A DNA stretch of 64,000 bases from a virus (IMGVR_UViG_3300024346_000008:64001-128000); one strand, 5' to 3'. Positions 37,976 to 48,517 are shown, counted from the stretch's first letter. The notes: generated by a model not told the origin, from the sequence alone. A program made the numbers and translations.

Positions 37976-38726
37976 AGAAGTTAACGCCAATCGGCAACCT
38001 CACCGTTTGCTCAGTTCCACATGTACATTCCACTGATACATTGAAATTGATATCGGGTACTTTGGTTCGATATTGTTCACGAAGATATCGGGCATCTTTA
38101 ACTAATAAATTATCCACAAATGCCCAAATCTTTGCTTTCGACATATCTCCGTTTACCGACTTAATCATTGCCTTTAACCGAGAGGTACTTTCTGATTCTA
38201 CGTCAGAACTAATTTTCTTCAATGCCTTCAGTTCTTTATCGATTGTCAATTCATCGCCGCGGGTTAACAACTTTAACGCCACTTCTGCTTTTGATAGCGG
38301 AAGTATTAATGTAAATTCACTACTTTCCGTTGTTTCCGGTGAATTTTCTGTTTCTAATTCTGATAAGTTTATTACCTGTTCTACCGTACTATTACATGAC
38401 GGACATTCTAATGATACTTCATAATCCTTTCCATATCCAAGAATACGTGCGGCAATCATTACTGCATTTAAATCACCTAAGTACAAGTCTGCCGCTTTCA
38501 CCCCCTTTGTGGCAATTAAAGCGTCAATCAATCGATCCAATACGACACCCTTTTGAATTAAGTTCTGTGAAGTCAAAATATCTTCATGTTTTGCCGTCAT
38601 GTATCGTAATTCAATTTGCCCACTTCTCAGTGGACTATCTTCGGGATAAAATAATCCCTTTGATGGCAAATCAATTGTTTCTGTTGGAAATACATCTACT
38701 GTTTCTGTAACTGGTTGGTCTGTCAT
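37953..38726 (-). CDS. Baseplate hub assembly protein / tail chaperone (T4 gp26-like)
   Basis: LPSKGLFY, MTAKHEDIL, ARILGYG, CPSC, C-terminal FFWP. Confidence 0.85.
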   Translation of the reverse strand: MTDQPVTETVDVFPTETIDLPSKGLFYPEDSPLRSGQIELRYMTAKHEDILTSQNLIQKGVVLDRLIDALIATKGVKAADLYLGDLNAVMIAARILGYGKDYEVSLECPSCNSTVEQVINLSELETENSPETTESSEFTLILPLSKAEVALKLLTRGDELTIDKELKALKKISSDVESESTSRLKAMIKSVNGDMSKAKIWAFVDNLLVKDARYLREQYRTKVPDINFNVSVECTCGTEQTVRLPIGVNFFWPDARV

Positions 38727-38762
38727 AAAACCTCTCGGATAAAAGTATACTCACTATACATA

Positions 38763-40646
38763 TCAATCTTCTATATTTTCTATCTCAAACTGTTGACGAT
38801 AATCCATATTAATTCGTTTTACAAACTCTTTAAACATGGATTTACTACGTTCGGGGGTAACTAATGCTCCATCAACAATCATATCTGCGGTTGCTTGCTT
38901 TTCTTTTAAGGTATCCCGCATGTTTTCATCCACTGTACCTTCACACATCATATAATACACTTGGACTTGACCCTTTTGTCCAATACGATGGGTACGGTCT
39001 TCTGCTTGTTCATGTTCCGCAGGCAACCAGCCCATGTCGATAAAGACCACCGTATCAATTGCTTTTTGTAATCCGTCAATGCCCATACCTGCGGCACGTA
39101 AACTAAACAATCCTACCTTTGCTTCCCCAGAGATTAGTTTATCAATTGATGTTTGCCGTACAGTTCTGTTCATTTCACCAGTTAATAATGCTGCTTTATC
39201 TCCATAGTGTTCTGTTAACAATTTTAACGGTTTTATATAGCAACTGAAGACCAATATGGACCTATCATTATCAATGAACTCGTCAATCATTTCAATTAAT
39301 CGTGGTAATTTCTTTTCGATTAAGAATCCCTGCAATTTCGGCATATGTTGAATCGACGGGCGTCCATCCATCTTCCATTTCCCAAACATTTCTTTCAACA
39401 GTTTGTTATATTCACCTTTTTCGTCCTTGGTGAGTTCCACATATAAATCGTTACGTTGCTTATTTGGTAATTCTTTCAATACTTGGTCTTTTTTTCGTCG
39501 AATTACTAAATCTTTTGTACGATCATGTAAATCTTGTAGATTCATGGGTGCCGCACCTTTCCATCCACCATATCGTTGGGTAAAATGAAAGAAGTTATTG
39601 AATCGTTCTTTATCTAAGAAGTTCAATAAGGCAAACGCTTCAATAGGACGGGACATTACAGGAGTGCCCGTCAAGAAAATTGTATATTTTGTTTTTATTC
39701 CGGGGTACTTTCGTCGTTCTTTCCACGATCCCAAAATACTCTTCGCCCGAATGGTTTGTCGGTTCTTTAAATAGGTTGCTTCGTCACACACTAACAAATC
39801 AAAGTTTTGGTCACGTAACCAATGATTGTTTTTGGCAACGGCATCATAATGCGTGATATGAAATTGGTGGTCAAGGTGTCCATCATAGGTTTTACTATCC
39901 CAGATCGTTGCATCCTTTCCAGTGAATTTTTTGACCTCGCGTTGCCAGTTGACGACCACGCTAAGGGGACATACAATAAGGGTCTTCAAGTTATGTAGTT
40001 GGGCATAAGCAATGGCCTGTACGGTCTTGCCAAGACCAGGAGCGTCGGCAATTAGACACCTTCCACCTGCTCTATCGACAAACTGCACACCCACTTTTTG
40101 ATAACCATACAGGTTTAATTTTAATCCTGGTACCGTGAATGTGGTATCTTCTTGTTCACGGATTTCGTCCAAATCTTCCCGTCGTTCTTGTAATTTCCCT
40201 AACAGTTTTTCTGCAGAACTTGACAAGATTGCATTGGGAAATGTTTTCATCATTTTGGGCAACTGTACCGAAGGAAATTCCCATCGTTTATCGTCCCCGT
40301 TCCATTTTCGTCCATCAATTTCGTACTTAAATTGTGCCAGTAATGTTTTATCATACGGCATGACAACGTAGGCCGTTTTTGCATCCTTTAAATGAATGTT
40401 AATTGGGCCGGTTTGTACTTCTTGGGTTGTCTGTGGGATATGTGACAGTTTAGTGCGAGGCAATGATAAGTCACTTATGTCCGCATCAAGTAATGCCCGC
40501 TTAGATGCTTCTACCCAAACTGCGGGCAATCCTGGTGTGGAGGTGATCCATTGTAAATACTGCGGGGCAGACCGTCTTACATTTCCTAACGTCTGCCCCG
40601 TGTATTTACCCCACGTAAAAATTACTTCGTCTAACGACGGATGCAT
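38763..40646 (-). CDS. SNF2-family helicase with HARP-like domain (SMARCAL1-like)
   Basis: DAPGLGKT, DEAT, LTGTP, QAEDRTHRIGQ; RKWNGDDKRWEF; N-terminal WGKYTG...YLQW module. Confidence 0.9.
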   Translation of the reverse strand: MHPSLDEVIFTWGKYTGQTLGNVRRSAPQYLQWITSTPGLPAVWVEASKRALLDADISDLSLPRTKLSHIPQTTQEVQTGPINIHLKDAKTAYVVMPYDKTLLAQFKYEIDGRKWNGDDKRWEFPSVQLPKMMKTFPNAILSSSAEKLLGKLQERREDLDEIREQEDTTFTVPGLKLNLYGYQKVGVQFVDRAGGRCLIADAPGLGKTVQAIAYAQLHNLKTLIVCPLSVVVNWQREVKKFTGKDATIWDSKTYDGHLDHQFHITHYDAVAKNNHWLRDQNFDLLVCDEATYLKNRQTIRAKSILGSWKERRKYPGIKTKYTIFLTGTPVMSRPIEAFALLNFLDKERFNNFFHFTQRYGGWKGAAPMNLQDLHDRTKDLVIRRKKDQVLKELPNKQRNDLYVELTKDEKGEYNKLLKEMFGKWKMDGRPSIQHMPKLQGFLIEKKLPRLIEMIDEFIDNDRSILVFSCYIKPLKLLTEHYGDKAALLTGEMNRTVRQTSIDKLISGEAKVGLFSLRAAGMGIDGLQKAIDTVVFIDMGWLPAEHEQAEDRTHRIGQKGQVQVYYMMCEGTVDENMRDTLKEKQATADMIVDGALVTPERSKSMFKEFVKRINMDYRQQFEIENIED

Positions 40647-40885
40647 TACGCGTCAGTGGGTTCCGTAAGTTCTTCTTCGGTTTTTGGACGAACATATACC
40701 ATACGTTCCATATCCAACTTCCAACCCGCCTCGGGGGTTAATCGAAGAATCTGCATCATTTGTGAATTTGATTCTTGAATCTGCTGCAGTAGTTCTTGTT
40801 GAAACTTTCGTAACAACTGATTGTTTGTTTGAATCAGTTGCTGTAGTGCCAAGGGTACTTCTAATGTTATTTCTGTGTTACTCAT
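40646..40885 (-). CDS. Small Gln-rich hypothetical protein
   Basis: GAGG SD; packed between its neighbours. Confidence 0.7.
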   Translation of the reverse strand: MSNTEITLEVPLALQQLIQTNNQLLRKFQQELLQQIQESNSQMMQILRLTPEAGWKLDMERMVYVRPKTEEELTEPTDA

Positions 40886-41864
40886 ATAATCCTCGTATGT
40901 TTACTTTATTGTCAATCCACTCAAATGTTTTTTTAATCCCTTCGATCAATGGATAATTCGGTTCCCATTTAAGTAGTTGCCGAATTAATTTATTATCGGA
41001 CGATCTTCCCCGAACTCCCAACGGACCATTGATATGTTTAACACTTAACTGCTTTCCAGAAATTTTCATAATTAAATACGCAAGATCATTGATAGAAATC
41101 ATTTCTTCTGATCCAATATTAATCGGTTGCTTTATATCAGATTGCATCAATTTGATTATACCAGTTATGCATTCATCAATGTATAAAAATGATCTAGTTT
41201 GATTGCCGTCTCCCCAAATTTCAATAGTACCTTTATCTGTTGCCATTGAAATTTTTCTACATAATGCTGCAGGAGCTTTTTCTTTTCCACCATCCCACGT
41301 TCCTTCTGGACCATAAATATTATGAAATCGTGCGATCCGACATTCTATACCATAATTTTTATTGTATGCCATGTACAATCGTTCACTAAATATTTTTTCC
41401 CAACCATATTCACTGTCCGGATGTGCAGGGTATGCAGAACTTTCCTCGCAGTTGGGATTTGCTGAATCTAGTTGGTTTTCCTCTGGATATATACAGGCCG
41501 ACGATGCAAAAAATACTCGTTTAACATTTGCTAATACCATTGCTTGTAGTATATTAATATTTATTAACGAAGAGTTTGACATTATATCTGCATCATGTAC
41601 TCCAGTAAATATATAGTTTGCACCACCCATATCCGCCGCTAGTTGATATATTTCATCAATATCGGATGTTATTAATCTAACAACATCCGTTTGATTGCGT
41701 AAGTCCACAATCGTAAATTTATTTGCATTTGTAGTAGAAAATTCTGGATATTTGATATCTGCTCCGATGACATAGTGCCCTGCCTCTCGCAAACGTGTAA
41801 CCAGATGCGATCCTATAAAACCACCTGCCCCACATACTAATATTTTTTTCATGGCAATTACCAA
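40878..41864 (-). CDS. NAD-dependent epimerase, GDP-mannose 3',5'-epimerase-like
   Basis: GAGGFIG, LAADMGGA, SSACIYPE, YGWEK, EKAPAALCRK, GVRGRSSDN. Confidence 0.9.
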   Translation of the reverse strand: MVIAMKKILVCGAGGFIGSHLVTRLREAGHYVIGADIKYPEFSTTNANKFTIVDLRNQTDVVRLITSDIDEIYQLAADMGGANYIFTGVHDADIMSNSSLININILQAMVLANVKRVFFASSACIYPEENQLDSANPNCEESSAYPAHPDSEYGWEKIFSERLYMAYNKNYGIECRIARFHNIYGPEGTWDGGKEKAPAALCRKISMATDKGTIEIWGDGNQTRSFLYIDECITGIIKLMQSDIKQPINIGSEEMISINDLAYLIMKISGKQLSVKHINGPLGVRGRSSDNKLIRQLLKWEPNYPLIEGIKKTFEWIDNKVNIRGLYE

Positions 41865-42613
41865 TATAAAATTATATTGTCTCCGGTAACAGGTACCTCA
41901 TTCATTTCATGACAAGATATTTGTTGTTTAAACTCTACTCTAGATAAACAATCTACGTCATAATAATGGCAGATATTATTATATGTTATATATCCATTCT
42001 TAGAATTTTTTAAAATTTTATCGATGTATGTTTGCTGTATATTACTGGAACATTCCGAAAATGCGTAGTTGCTTATAACAAGATCATATTGATCTACTTC
42101 TAGTTCATCTATGACAGAATATACTACCGTATCATTTTCACCGATATAACGTTTAGACAAATTCAAAGGTTCTTGTAAATCAACTAACTTATATGAGAGT
42201 GGTTTCCATATTTCATTAATCAATTTACATTGTCCCCCATACCCACCGCCAATTTCTATAATTTTTAATCCATCAAGCGATCCAAATAATTGTTCTAATT
42301 CCAATGCAACTTTTAAATATCGCATAGTACTTGGACATATCTGTGAAAACTCTTCGTCATAATCTACCAATGATGGAAATCCCACCAAATCATTTCGTTT
42401 AGATAGTTCTAAACGCTCCGTGGTAAAATTAGAAGCAGCTTTAATCCAATCTATATAAGATTTTCCAATATCTACACTAACGTGTTCTAAAATAGCCGTA
42501 TACACCGAACTTTGTCTAAACCTACGGAATGTTTCGTCATCCGTTGCTGCCTGTTGGCAAAAATTCTTGTAATCATCATAATCACTTATACTTGTTTTCA
42601 TAGTTGAATCCAA
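41858..42613 (-). CDS. Putative sugar O-methyltransferase
   Basis: RYLK, IEIGGGYG, LVDL, ISNYAFSE. Confidence 0.82.
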   Translation of the reverse strand: MDSTMKTSISDYDDYKNFCQQAATDDETFRRFRQSSVYTAILEHVSVDIGKSYIDWIKAASNFTTERLELSKRNDLVGFPSLVDYDEEFSQICPSTMRYLKVALELEQLFGSLDGLKIIEIGGGYGGQCKLINEIWKPLSYKLVDLQEPLNLSKRYIGENDTVVYSVIDELEVDQYDLVISNYAFSECSSNIQQTYIDKILKNSKNGYITYNNICHYYDVDCLSRVEFKQQISCHEMNEVPVTGDNIILYW

Positions 42614-43395
42614 TTGTTACAGTAAATGTCAGTTGTGTCAAAGTGCGAGTATGCGGGGCCAAACCATATTTTTGGGGCAATTACTATTTTATCTGGGTTA
42701 TTGTTTAACCATGCACCCCACCAACTAAACGTACTGTTGGCTATGATATTGTGATCAGACATACTCAGTAAACACATATCAACGCCCTGTTCATTTGACG
42801 TATAATACGCAGTGGGGATATTTAAATTTGTCTTACACCACTCAATATCATCAGAAATAACAATAAACTGAGGGTTCATATTTTCAAAATATTCTACGGC
42901 AGATGCATAATATGTAGGTGAACATAGTGGATGGTGATTTGGTAAATCTACATAATCCCCTCGGCGCACATGTATTGATACTATCGGCCGATCTTTATTA
43001 AGGGATGATATAATGGTAGTTGCTTTTTCAATTATATCATTTTTAAATGTAAATTCTTTTCTAATAAGATCTGAGCAGTGGGTAAAATATTTTTCTGTTT
43101 GGAAATATCCATCGAAATCCATGTTATCCGCAACTTTTTTAAAAAAGAATCTGTCAAAGTGAAATTGCTCTTCAACATATTTTTTATTAGTATGTATTCC
43201 CGCTTCATGGTAAAAATGAGATAATTTGATGTCAAATATATTTCGTATGGAGAAATTATTATGTGACTTACTATCAATATCCTCATCTATTATAACTCTG
43301 TATCCATGCTTATCGCCAACTCCTATTAACATAGCATATTGAAACATTTGGTTTCCCAATCTTCCTTTGCGTCCAAGAACGTTCATGGTTATCAT
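42598..43395 (-). CDS. GT11 alpha-1,2-fucosyltransferase-like
   Basis: GRLGNQMFQYA, GYFQ, HVRRGDY, SDD, NSTFSWWGAWL. Confidence 0.93.
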   Translation of the reverse strand: MITMNVLGRKGRLGNQMFQYAMLIGVGDKHGYRVIIDEDIDSKSHNNFSIRNIFDIKLSHFYHEAGIHTNKKYVEEQFHFDRFFFKKVADNMDFDGYFQTEKYFTHCSDLIRKEFTFKNDIIEKATTIISSLNKDRPIVSIHVRRGDYVDLPNHHPLCSPTYYASAVEYFENMNPQFIVISDDIEWCKTNLNIPTAYYTSNEQGVDMCLLSMSDHNIIANSTFSWWGAWLNNNPDKIVIAPKIWFGPAYSHFDTTDIYCNNWIQL

Positions 43396-44168
43396 AATAA
43401 CTCCAATTGTATATTAGTTGTCGGAACAAACAAAAAATCACAGTCACTTACTTGTGTAATTGCATATCCCAATTCAAGTAACATAGAAAATTTAGCTGAC
43501 GTAGAATCTATACTAACTTTTCCAAAATGATCATCCCAATTTTCCAACATGATCACCGGTTTACATTTTCTAATTGTATTATATGCACCGAGTATAACAT
43601 TTTGTTCATATCCTTCAACGTCTAACTTAATAAAATCCAATTTATCAAAATTAAACATTTCATCGATAGAAACAAGTTCTATCGGAACTCTTTCATCTTC
43701 AGATAAATCAGTTCCTCCAAAATGTAGAGGTATTCCTAGCGGATTATTTATCAGTCCGGCCCCACCAATATTATGCGAAGGAATAAATCCAAAAGAATCA
43801 AATGATTTTTTATCACTTAGACCACAAGTGTATACTGTTACATTATCACAGTTATTAATCTGTAAATTTTCTTGTAATAATTGCGCAGACGGTTTTAATG
43901 GTTCAAAACAATGTACATGCTTTGCTAATTTTGAAAAAAATATTGTATGTGTTCCTATGTGAGCACCCCCTTCTAATACAATAGAATCTTTATTAATATA
44001 TTTTGCAAACGTTTGATGGTTGTGAAGTTCCCAAGAAACTCCTCTTTGTACAACGTCACTGATAATATCACCCTTGAAAGTTTTAAAAAACGCAGAACTT
44101 CCATTACAGTAATTTTTAACTTCGGCTATTTGTTCAGATATTTCATATTTCATATTTCGTTTATCCAT
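43392..44168 (-). CDS. FkbM-family methyltransferase
   Basis: GAHIG, FEP, IKLDVEGYE, PVIMLE. Confidence 0.92.
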   Translation of the reverse strand: MDKRNMKYEISEQIAEVKNYCNGSSAFFKTFKGDIISDVVQRGVSWELHNHQTFAKYINKDSIVLEGGAHIGTHTIFFSKLAKHVHCFEPLKPSAQLLQENLQINNCDNVTVYTCGLSDKKSFDSFGFIPSHNIGGAGLINNPLGIPLHFGGTDLSEDERVPIELVSIDEMFNFDKLDFIKLDVEGYEQNVILGAYNTIRKCKPVIMLENWDDHFGKVSIDSTSAKFSMLLELGYAITQVSDCDFLFVPTTNIQLELL

Positions 44169-45640
44169 TTTGTATATGAGTTAATTAACACATCTTGATA
44201 ATTTTCATATTGCTGTGTTATACTTGAGTGGGAAGGTCGTTGATTAGCTACCAATGGTAATACGGTGTATATATTATGTGAAAGTTGCCTCTGAAGAGCT
44301 AGATAGTGTTGATCAATTGCAAAATATTTTTTCCAATCAAAATTTAAAATTGTATCATAAAAACGGTTCGAGACAATGTATGCGTGTGCACAAAATGCAC
44401 CAGTTAATATTCCTAAATGTGGACTACATTGTATAATAGGTGATATTGCATTTGCCCCCAAGAATAACATATCCCATTTTGGAAGATATGATAACTCCGC
44501 TGCAGCCCTATCCAATATTGGTAACAATCTATTATCAATAAACTTGCAATCATCTTCCAACACCAACACACTATCCCAATTATTATCTTTTGCTCTTTTA
44601 ATGGCTTCTAAATGAGACATAGAACATCCGAACCTAGACTTGGCAACTTTAATGTCTATTTCAGTAAAAATGTTATTACTTTCGTTAATCAGTTGTTCTA
44701 CAACAGAATCTTCGGGAACGTGTGCATTTATTCTTGAAACAGAAATTGGAAGATTTTTAATCTCATGTTTAATCTCCACGTTTCTATCTTCTCTATGTTC
44801 TAAATTTAAATAAAATCCGTTTGACACTATATCAGTGAATGTTTGAACTTCAAATTTTGTGTTAAACTTATAGTTGTATTGGTATATTAAACTATTTGGG
44901 GAAAAATTTTTTAAATCATCTATATCAATAGTTTCCCCGCACAAATATCTGGTAGCTAATGCATATGGATTATATTCAATCAATTGCTCTACATCGTAAT
45001 AATCTACTCGTGCGACAGTATTTATTGCATTTATAAAACACGGTGACACTGGATAAAAATAGTGCGGTCTATCTACTATATCTACCGTTGATGCGTTTGG
45101 AACAAATATTTTACCATAATATTTAAAGTATCCGCTGTTTGGTACTGATTCAAAACAATGTTCCCCGTTTGGTATTTTAAATAAATGTGCGTAGGAGTCT
45201 CTAGTCCACATATGGACTTGACTGAAAAATCTTTCTTCTAGGCCAATTTGTTCTATATTACAACTTTTTTTCTGACGATTTAATCCTTTAAATAAATCTA
45301 ATACACCATCGTCATCAACTTCATATAAATATTTTAAATCAAAGTCTGTTGTAAAAATGGCGTTATCTGGTAAGACTAAATTATATTGGTCATTAACAAA
45401 ATAGTCTTCGATATTAATGTCTATATCCGAAACTTTGATGAAATTGATATATGAAAAATCGTTTCTAAATTTAAATGTTACATCACGGTGAACCCAATTT
45501 TCATGTTCTTCATCATCATATAGTATTGTTATTTTAACGGGAATGTGTGATTGACTAAAGTAAAAAAACGTTTCAAGTAGTGCTCTTGCTTGAAGATCCC
45601 TGTTTTTGGTCAATATTATTAAATTAATTATTTTTTTCAT
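44150..45640 (-). CDS. Two-domain glycosyltransferase: GT-A-like N-terminal domain plus GT25 C-terminal domain
   Basis: C-terminal YLNLEHREDR, GCSMSH, VLEDD, AHAY, ID; N-terminal TKNRDLQARALLET. Confidence 0.8.
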   Translation of the reverse strand: MKKIINLIILTKNRDLQARALLETFFYFSQSHIPVKITILYDDEEHENWVHRDVTFKFRNDFSYINFIKVSDIDINIEDYFVNDQYNLVLPDNAIFTTDFDLKYLYEVDDDGVLDLFKGLNRQKKSCNIEQIGLEERFFSQVHMWTRDSYAHLFKIPNGEHCFESVPNSGYFKYYGKIFVPNASTVDIVDRPHYFYPVSPCFINAINTVARVDYYDVEQLIEYNPYALATRYLCGETIDIDDLKNFSPNSLIYQYNYKFNTKFEVQTFTDIVSNGFYLNLEHREDRNVEIKHEIKNLPISVSRINAHVPEDSVVEQLINESNNIFTEIDIKVAKSRFGCSMSHLEAIKRAKDNNWDSVLVLEDDCKFIDNRLLPILDRAAAELSYLPKWDMLFLGANAISPIIQCSPHLGILTGAFCAHAYIVSNRFYDTILNFDWKKYFAIDQHYLALQRQLSHNIYTVLPLVANQRPSHSSITQQYENYQDVLINSYTKWINEI

Positions 45641-46290
45641 AACGTATTATATTGAGTTTTAATTTGATGAAACTGCTCTGTTGACAAGTATTGCAGAGGT
45701 TTGTGATATCCCAAGGTTCCTAGTTGGAAAATTGTTTCCACACTAAACTGTGAGGCGACATCACGAGGCGCCAATTTTCCAATATTGAAGTCGTGCATTT
45801 TCTCACAGAAAAAAACATCTTCGCCTTTATTATATTCCCATTTGAATCGGTTAAGTACTTCTAACATTATTTCTGGAGTTCTTAGTGATAACCCACCGTT
45901 ACAACAAAATGGATAATATACTGGATGGTTTGTAGGTAACGGTGCCCCAACAAAATCATATTCATAAAATTCTTCAATCCCATTTCGTAAGAGGCCACTG
46001 TCTCTTTGAAATATTAAAATTTTATCGTAGTTGGTAAAATGTTTCCAAAAAAATTGTCCATCTTCGTGCGTTAATAACATATTATATCCATGCACAGTAT
46101 TATCCATCAAAGTTACAGGTAATACATTTACATTCGGTAATAAAGAAGAATACTGGTTGATATATTTATCATCAGTGAATATAAAATATTCAGTATTTTC
46201 TGGTAGATGTGGTACGTGGTTCTGAAACGTACTTACCATATCTTCGAAAAAACGTGTTTCTACGATTGCTGCACATAATTTAACTGTCAT
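45637..46290 (-). CDS. DUF5672-like (GT-A fold) protein
   Basis: IVETR, LIFQRD, YDFVGAP, NGGLSLR, EDVFF, FSVE, GYHK. Confidence 0.82.
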   Translation of the reverse strand: MTVKLCAAIVETRFFEDMVSTFQNHVPHLPENTEYFIFTDDKYINQYSSLLPNVNVLPVTLMDNTVHGYNMLLTHEDGQFFWKHFTNYDKILIFQRDSGLLRNGIEEFYEYDFVGAPLPTNHPVYYPFCCNGGLSLRTPEIMLEVLNRFKWEYNKGEDVFFCEKMHDFNIGKLAPRDVASQFSVETIFQLGTLGYHKPLQYLSTEQFHQIKTQYNTL

Positions 46291-47252
46291 AAATATGAAA
46301 TATCTGGTCTTCCGGTTCTTGCTCGGTCAGATACCTCTTTGGTTTTAAAATTTATCCCCGCATATTTTTCATATTGTTCAATAGTTCGTTCACTTCCAAT
46401 TCCATAAATTCCCATTGGAATTTCATTTGTTTGCATCAAAAGACTTTCTACTCTTTTAATACTTATATTTTGTAAATGACCCATTTCTCGATAATTGTCA
46501 TCTGAATAAACTTTTCTGTATGCTCGGTCATGTTTATGATATGCCATATTTTGTCTTGTAGCATAATGATTATATCCATGTGTAAAAGATCGAACCGCCA
46601 AGGTAATTTCTTCACCTAGAAAAAACATATCTGGGTCATACGGAACATCTCGTATCCATTTACTAGGCCCAAATAAATTACATGCGGTTAAAAAACTATT
46701 TAATTCAGGTTGTTCTATATTATCTCTGACATCAAACATCTGCAACAATAAACTTCCATAAAACTCCGTTGCTCTAGGAACTGCTCGCTTGGAAGAATCT
46801 CCCGCCCATTCATTGTTACCGTCTGGTGGGTTCCACTGAGATGCTGCACACGATAACAGTGCCTTACTATCGTTCGTTTGATAAAATTGATCAATTAAAA
46901 TTTCATCCCAATTCTTAATCACAGACATGTGTGAATCAATTAACCAAAAAAATTTTTCATCTGTGCGTAGTTCAAACGCTAAACTTCTTGCCCAACACGC
47001 TCCCTTTGATTCTTTTGCTGGAACTTTTATTACTTTCATATTTACACCAAATGAAGGAAGTTTATCAACTTCTTCATCGCCACGTTGCCAACAAATACCT
47101 AACGTAATATTTTCCGGGTACTTGGCATTTTTGACAATCGACTCAATTGTATATGAAAGTAATGGATCACGGTAACTTGCTATATTTACAAATATTTTAT
47201 TAGTTGATTGATCTATCATATTGGTAATATCCTTTCCATACGGTTTATCCAT
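46287..47252 (-). CDS. GT60-like polypeptide/Skp1 alpha-GlcNAc transferase (start probably at MIDQS)
   Basis: IFVNIASYRDP, GACWAR, IDSH, WD, PYDP...GEE, FTHG. Confidence 0.87.
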   Translation of the reverse strand: MDKPYGKDITNMIDQSTNKIFVNIASYRDPLLSYTIESIVKNAKYPENITLGICWQRGDEEVDKLPSFGVNMKVIKVPAKESKGACWARSLAFELRTDEKFFWLIDSHMSVIKNWDEILIDQFYQTNDSKALLSCAASQWNPPDGNNEWAGDSSKRAVPRATEFYGSLLLQMFDVRDNIEQPELNSFLTACNLFGPSKWIRDVPYDPDMFFLGEEITLAVRSFTHGYNHYATRQNMAYHKHDRAYRKVYSDDNYREMGHLQNISIKRVESLLMQTNEIPMGIYGIGSERTIEQYEKYAGINFKTKEVSDRARTGRPDISYL

Positions 47253-48472
47253 CCTTTTGATTTTGAATGGGGCCAGAATATATATTTGTAAGGTTTTTTA
47301 ATTGTATTAAATTCTCTCCAAATTTTAATATATTCTTGACTATTTGTTTTTAATTGCTGTATTTCATCTTCCGATACATCTTTCCGATATAATTCCATTC
47401 CATCAATATCTTCAAACGCTGTTACCCATACATCGTAATCATTTTCTGGCACTTCGTTAAATCCAATATCAATACAATGTTTAAAAATCGTAAGCCACGA
47501 CTTTTCGTATTCCTCTTCTACAGAATACTGCGGATTTGGGGGTAATTTATTATCAAGTGTATATTGTTGAACTGCTCGTTTTTTAAATGAGATTCCGGCA
47601 TATTTTTCATATTCATTCAATGTTCTGATAGTACCGAATCCATATTTCCCAAAGTCTATATTCTGAACTTCGCCATCCATACCAAACAATGTTCTATTTC
47701 GTAAATGTGATGTTTTGTTTAGTTCACCCCACGTTGGATCATCGTCCCATTGCTTAGTTCTTCCTTTTCGTGTATATTCATGCCACGCTATAATTTTGTG
47801 TGGATGGAATAAGTCATATCCATGAGTATATGCTCGTGCAGCAATTGATATTTCTTCTCCATGAAAATAATATTTAGGATCGTGCTGAACTTCGTTTGCA
47901 AATTGACCAAGTGTAAATGCAAAATGCGCAGAATAAAATCTTGCGGGAATTGGGCAGTCCAATTCAGCGTAGTTGTCAATACTGGATGGTAGAAAAAATA
48001 CCGCACCTTCTGGAATGAATCTATCAAAATTCATTTTCCATGGCGTTGCTTCTCTACCAGCGGGGTCATTTTCTGGATTAAATGATGATATATAACTGGT
48101 TAGTAAAGGCTTGGCATATCCTTTTTGCTGAAGTTGCTTTACCATAGTAATACATTCTACGTCCCAGTTTTTTATAAATCTATGGTGGGAGTCTAGTTGT
48201 AATGTATATTTTTCATTATTATATAACTGCTGTATCTTATTTCGTGCCCAACAGGCCCCTTTAGATTCTGTAAATGGGATATCTAATATTTTGAATCTAG
48301 GGTCATCCGCAAATTCTTTTAGTGAATCCCACGTATCGTCAACAGAATGTTGCCACGCAATTCCAAATATTAAATTTTTTGGATATTTTGCGTTACTTAA
48401 ACAATCCTTTATCGTTGGAATTAATTGTGGATCACGATATGATGCAATTTGAATAAAAATTGTATTTTTCAT
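47216..48472 (-). CDS. GT60-like polypeptide/Skp1 alpha-GlcNAc transferase with C-terminal extension
   Basis: IFIQIASYRDP, GACWAR, LDSHHRF, HDP...GEE, YTHG, WHEY. Confidence 0.88.
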   Translation of the reverse strand: MKNTIFIQIASYRDPQLIPTIKDCLSNAKYPKNLIFGIAWQHSVDDTWDSLKEFADDPRFKILDIPFTESKGACWARNKIQQLYNNEKYTLQLDSHHRFIKNWDVECITMVKQLQQKGYAKPLLTSYISSFNPENDPAGREATPWKMNFDRFIPEGAVFFLPSSIDNYAELDCPIPARFYSAHFAFTLGQFANEVQHDPKYYFHGEEISIAARAYTHGYDLFHPHKIIAWHEYTRKGRTKQWDDDPTWGELNKTSHLRNRTLFGMDGEVQNIDFGKYGFGTIRTLNEYEKYAGISFKKRAVQQYTLDNKLPPNPQYSVEEEYEKSWLTIFKHCIDIGFNEVPENDYDVWVTAFEDIDGMELYRKDVSEDEIQQLKTNSQEYIKIWREFNTIKKPYKYIFWPHSKSKGWINRMERILPI

Positions 48473-48517
48473 TTATATAACCTTTTATACTAGTGGAAGT
48501 GATTAATATTTAATCTA

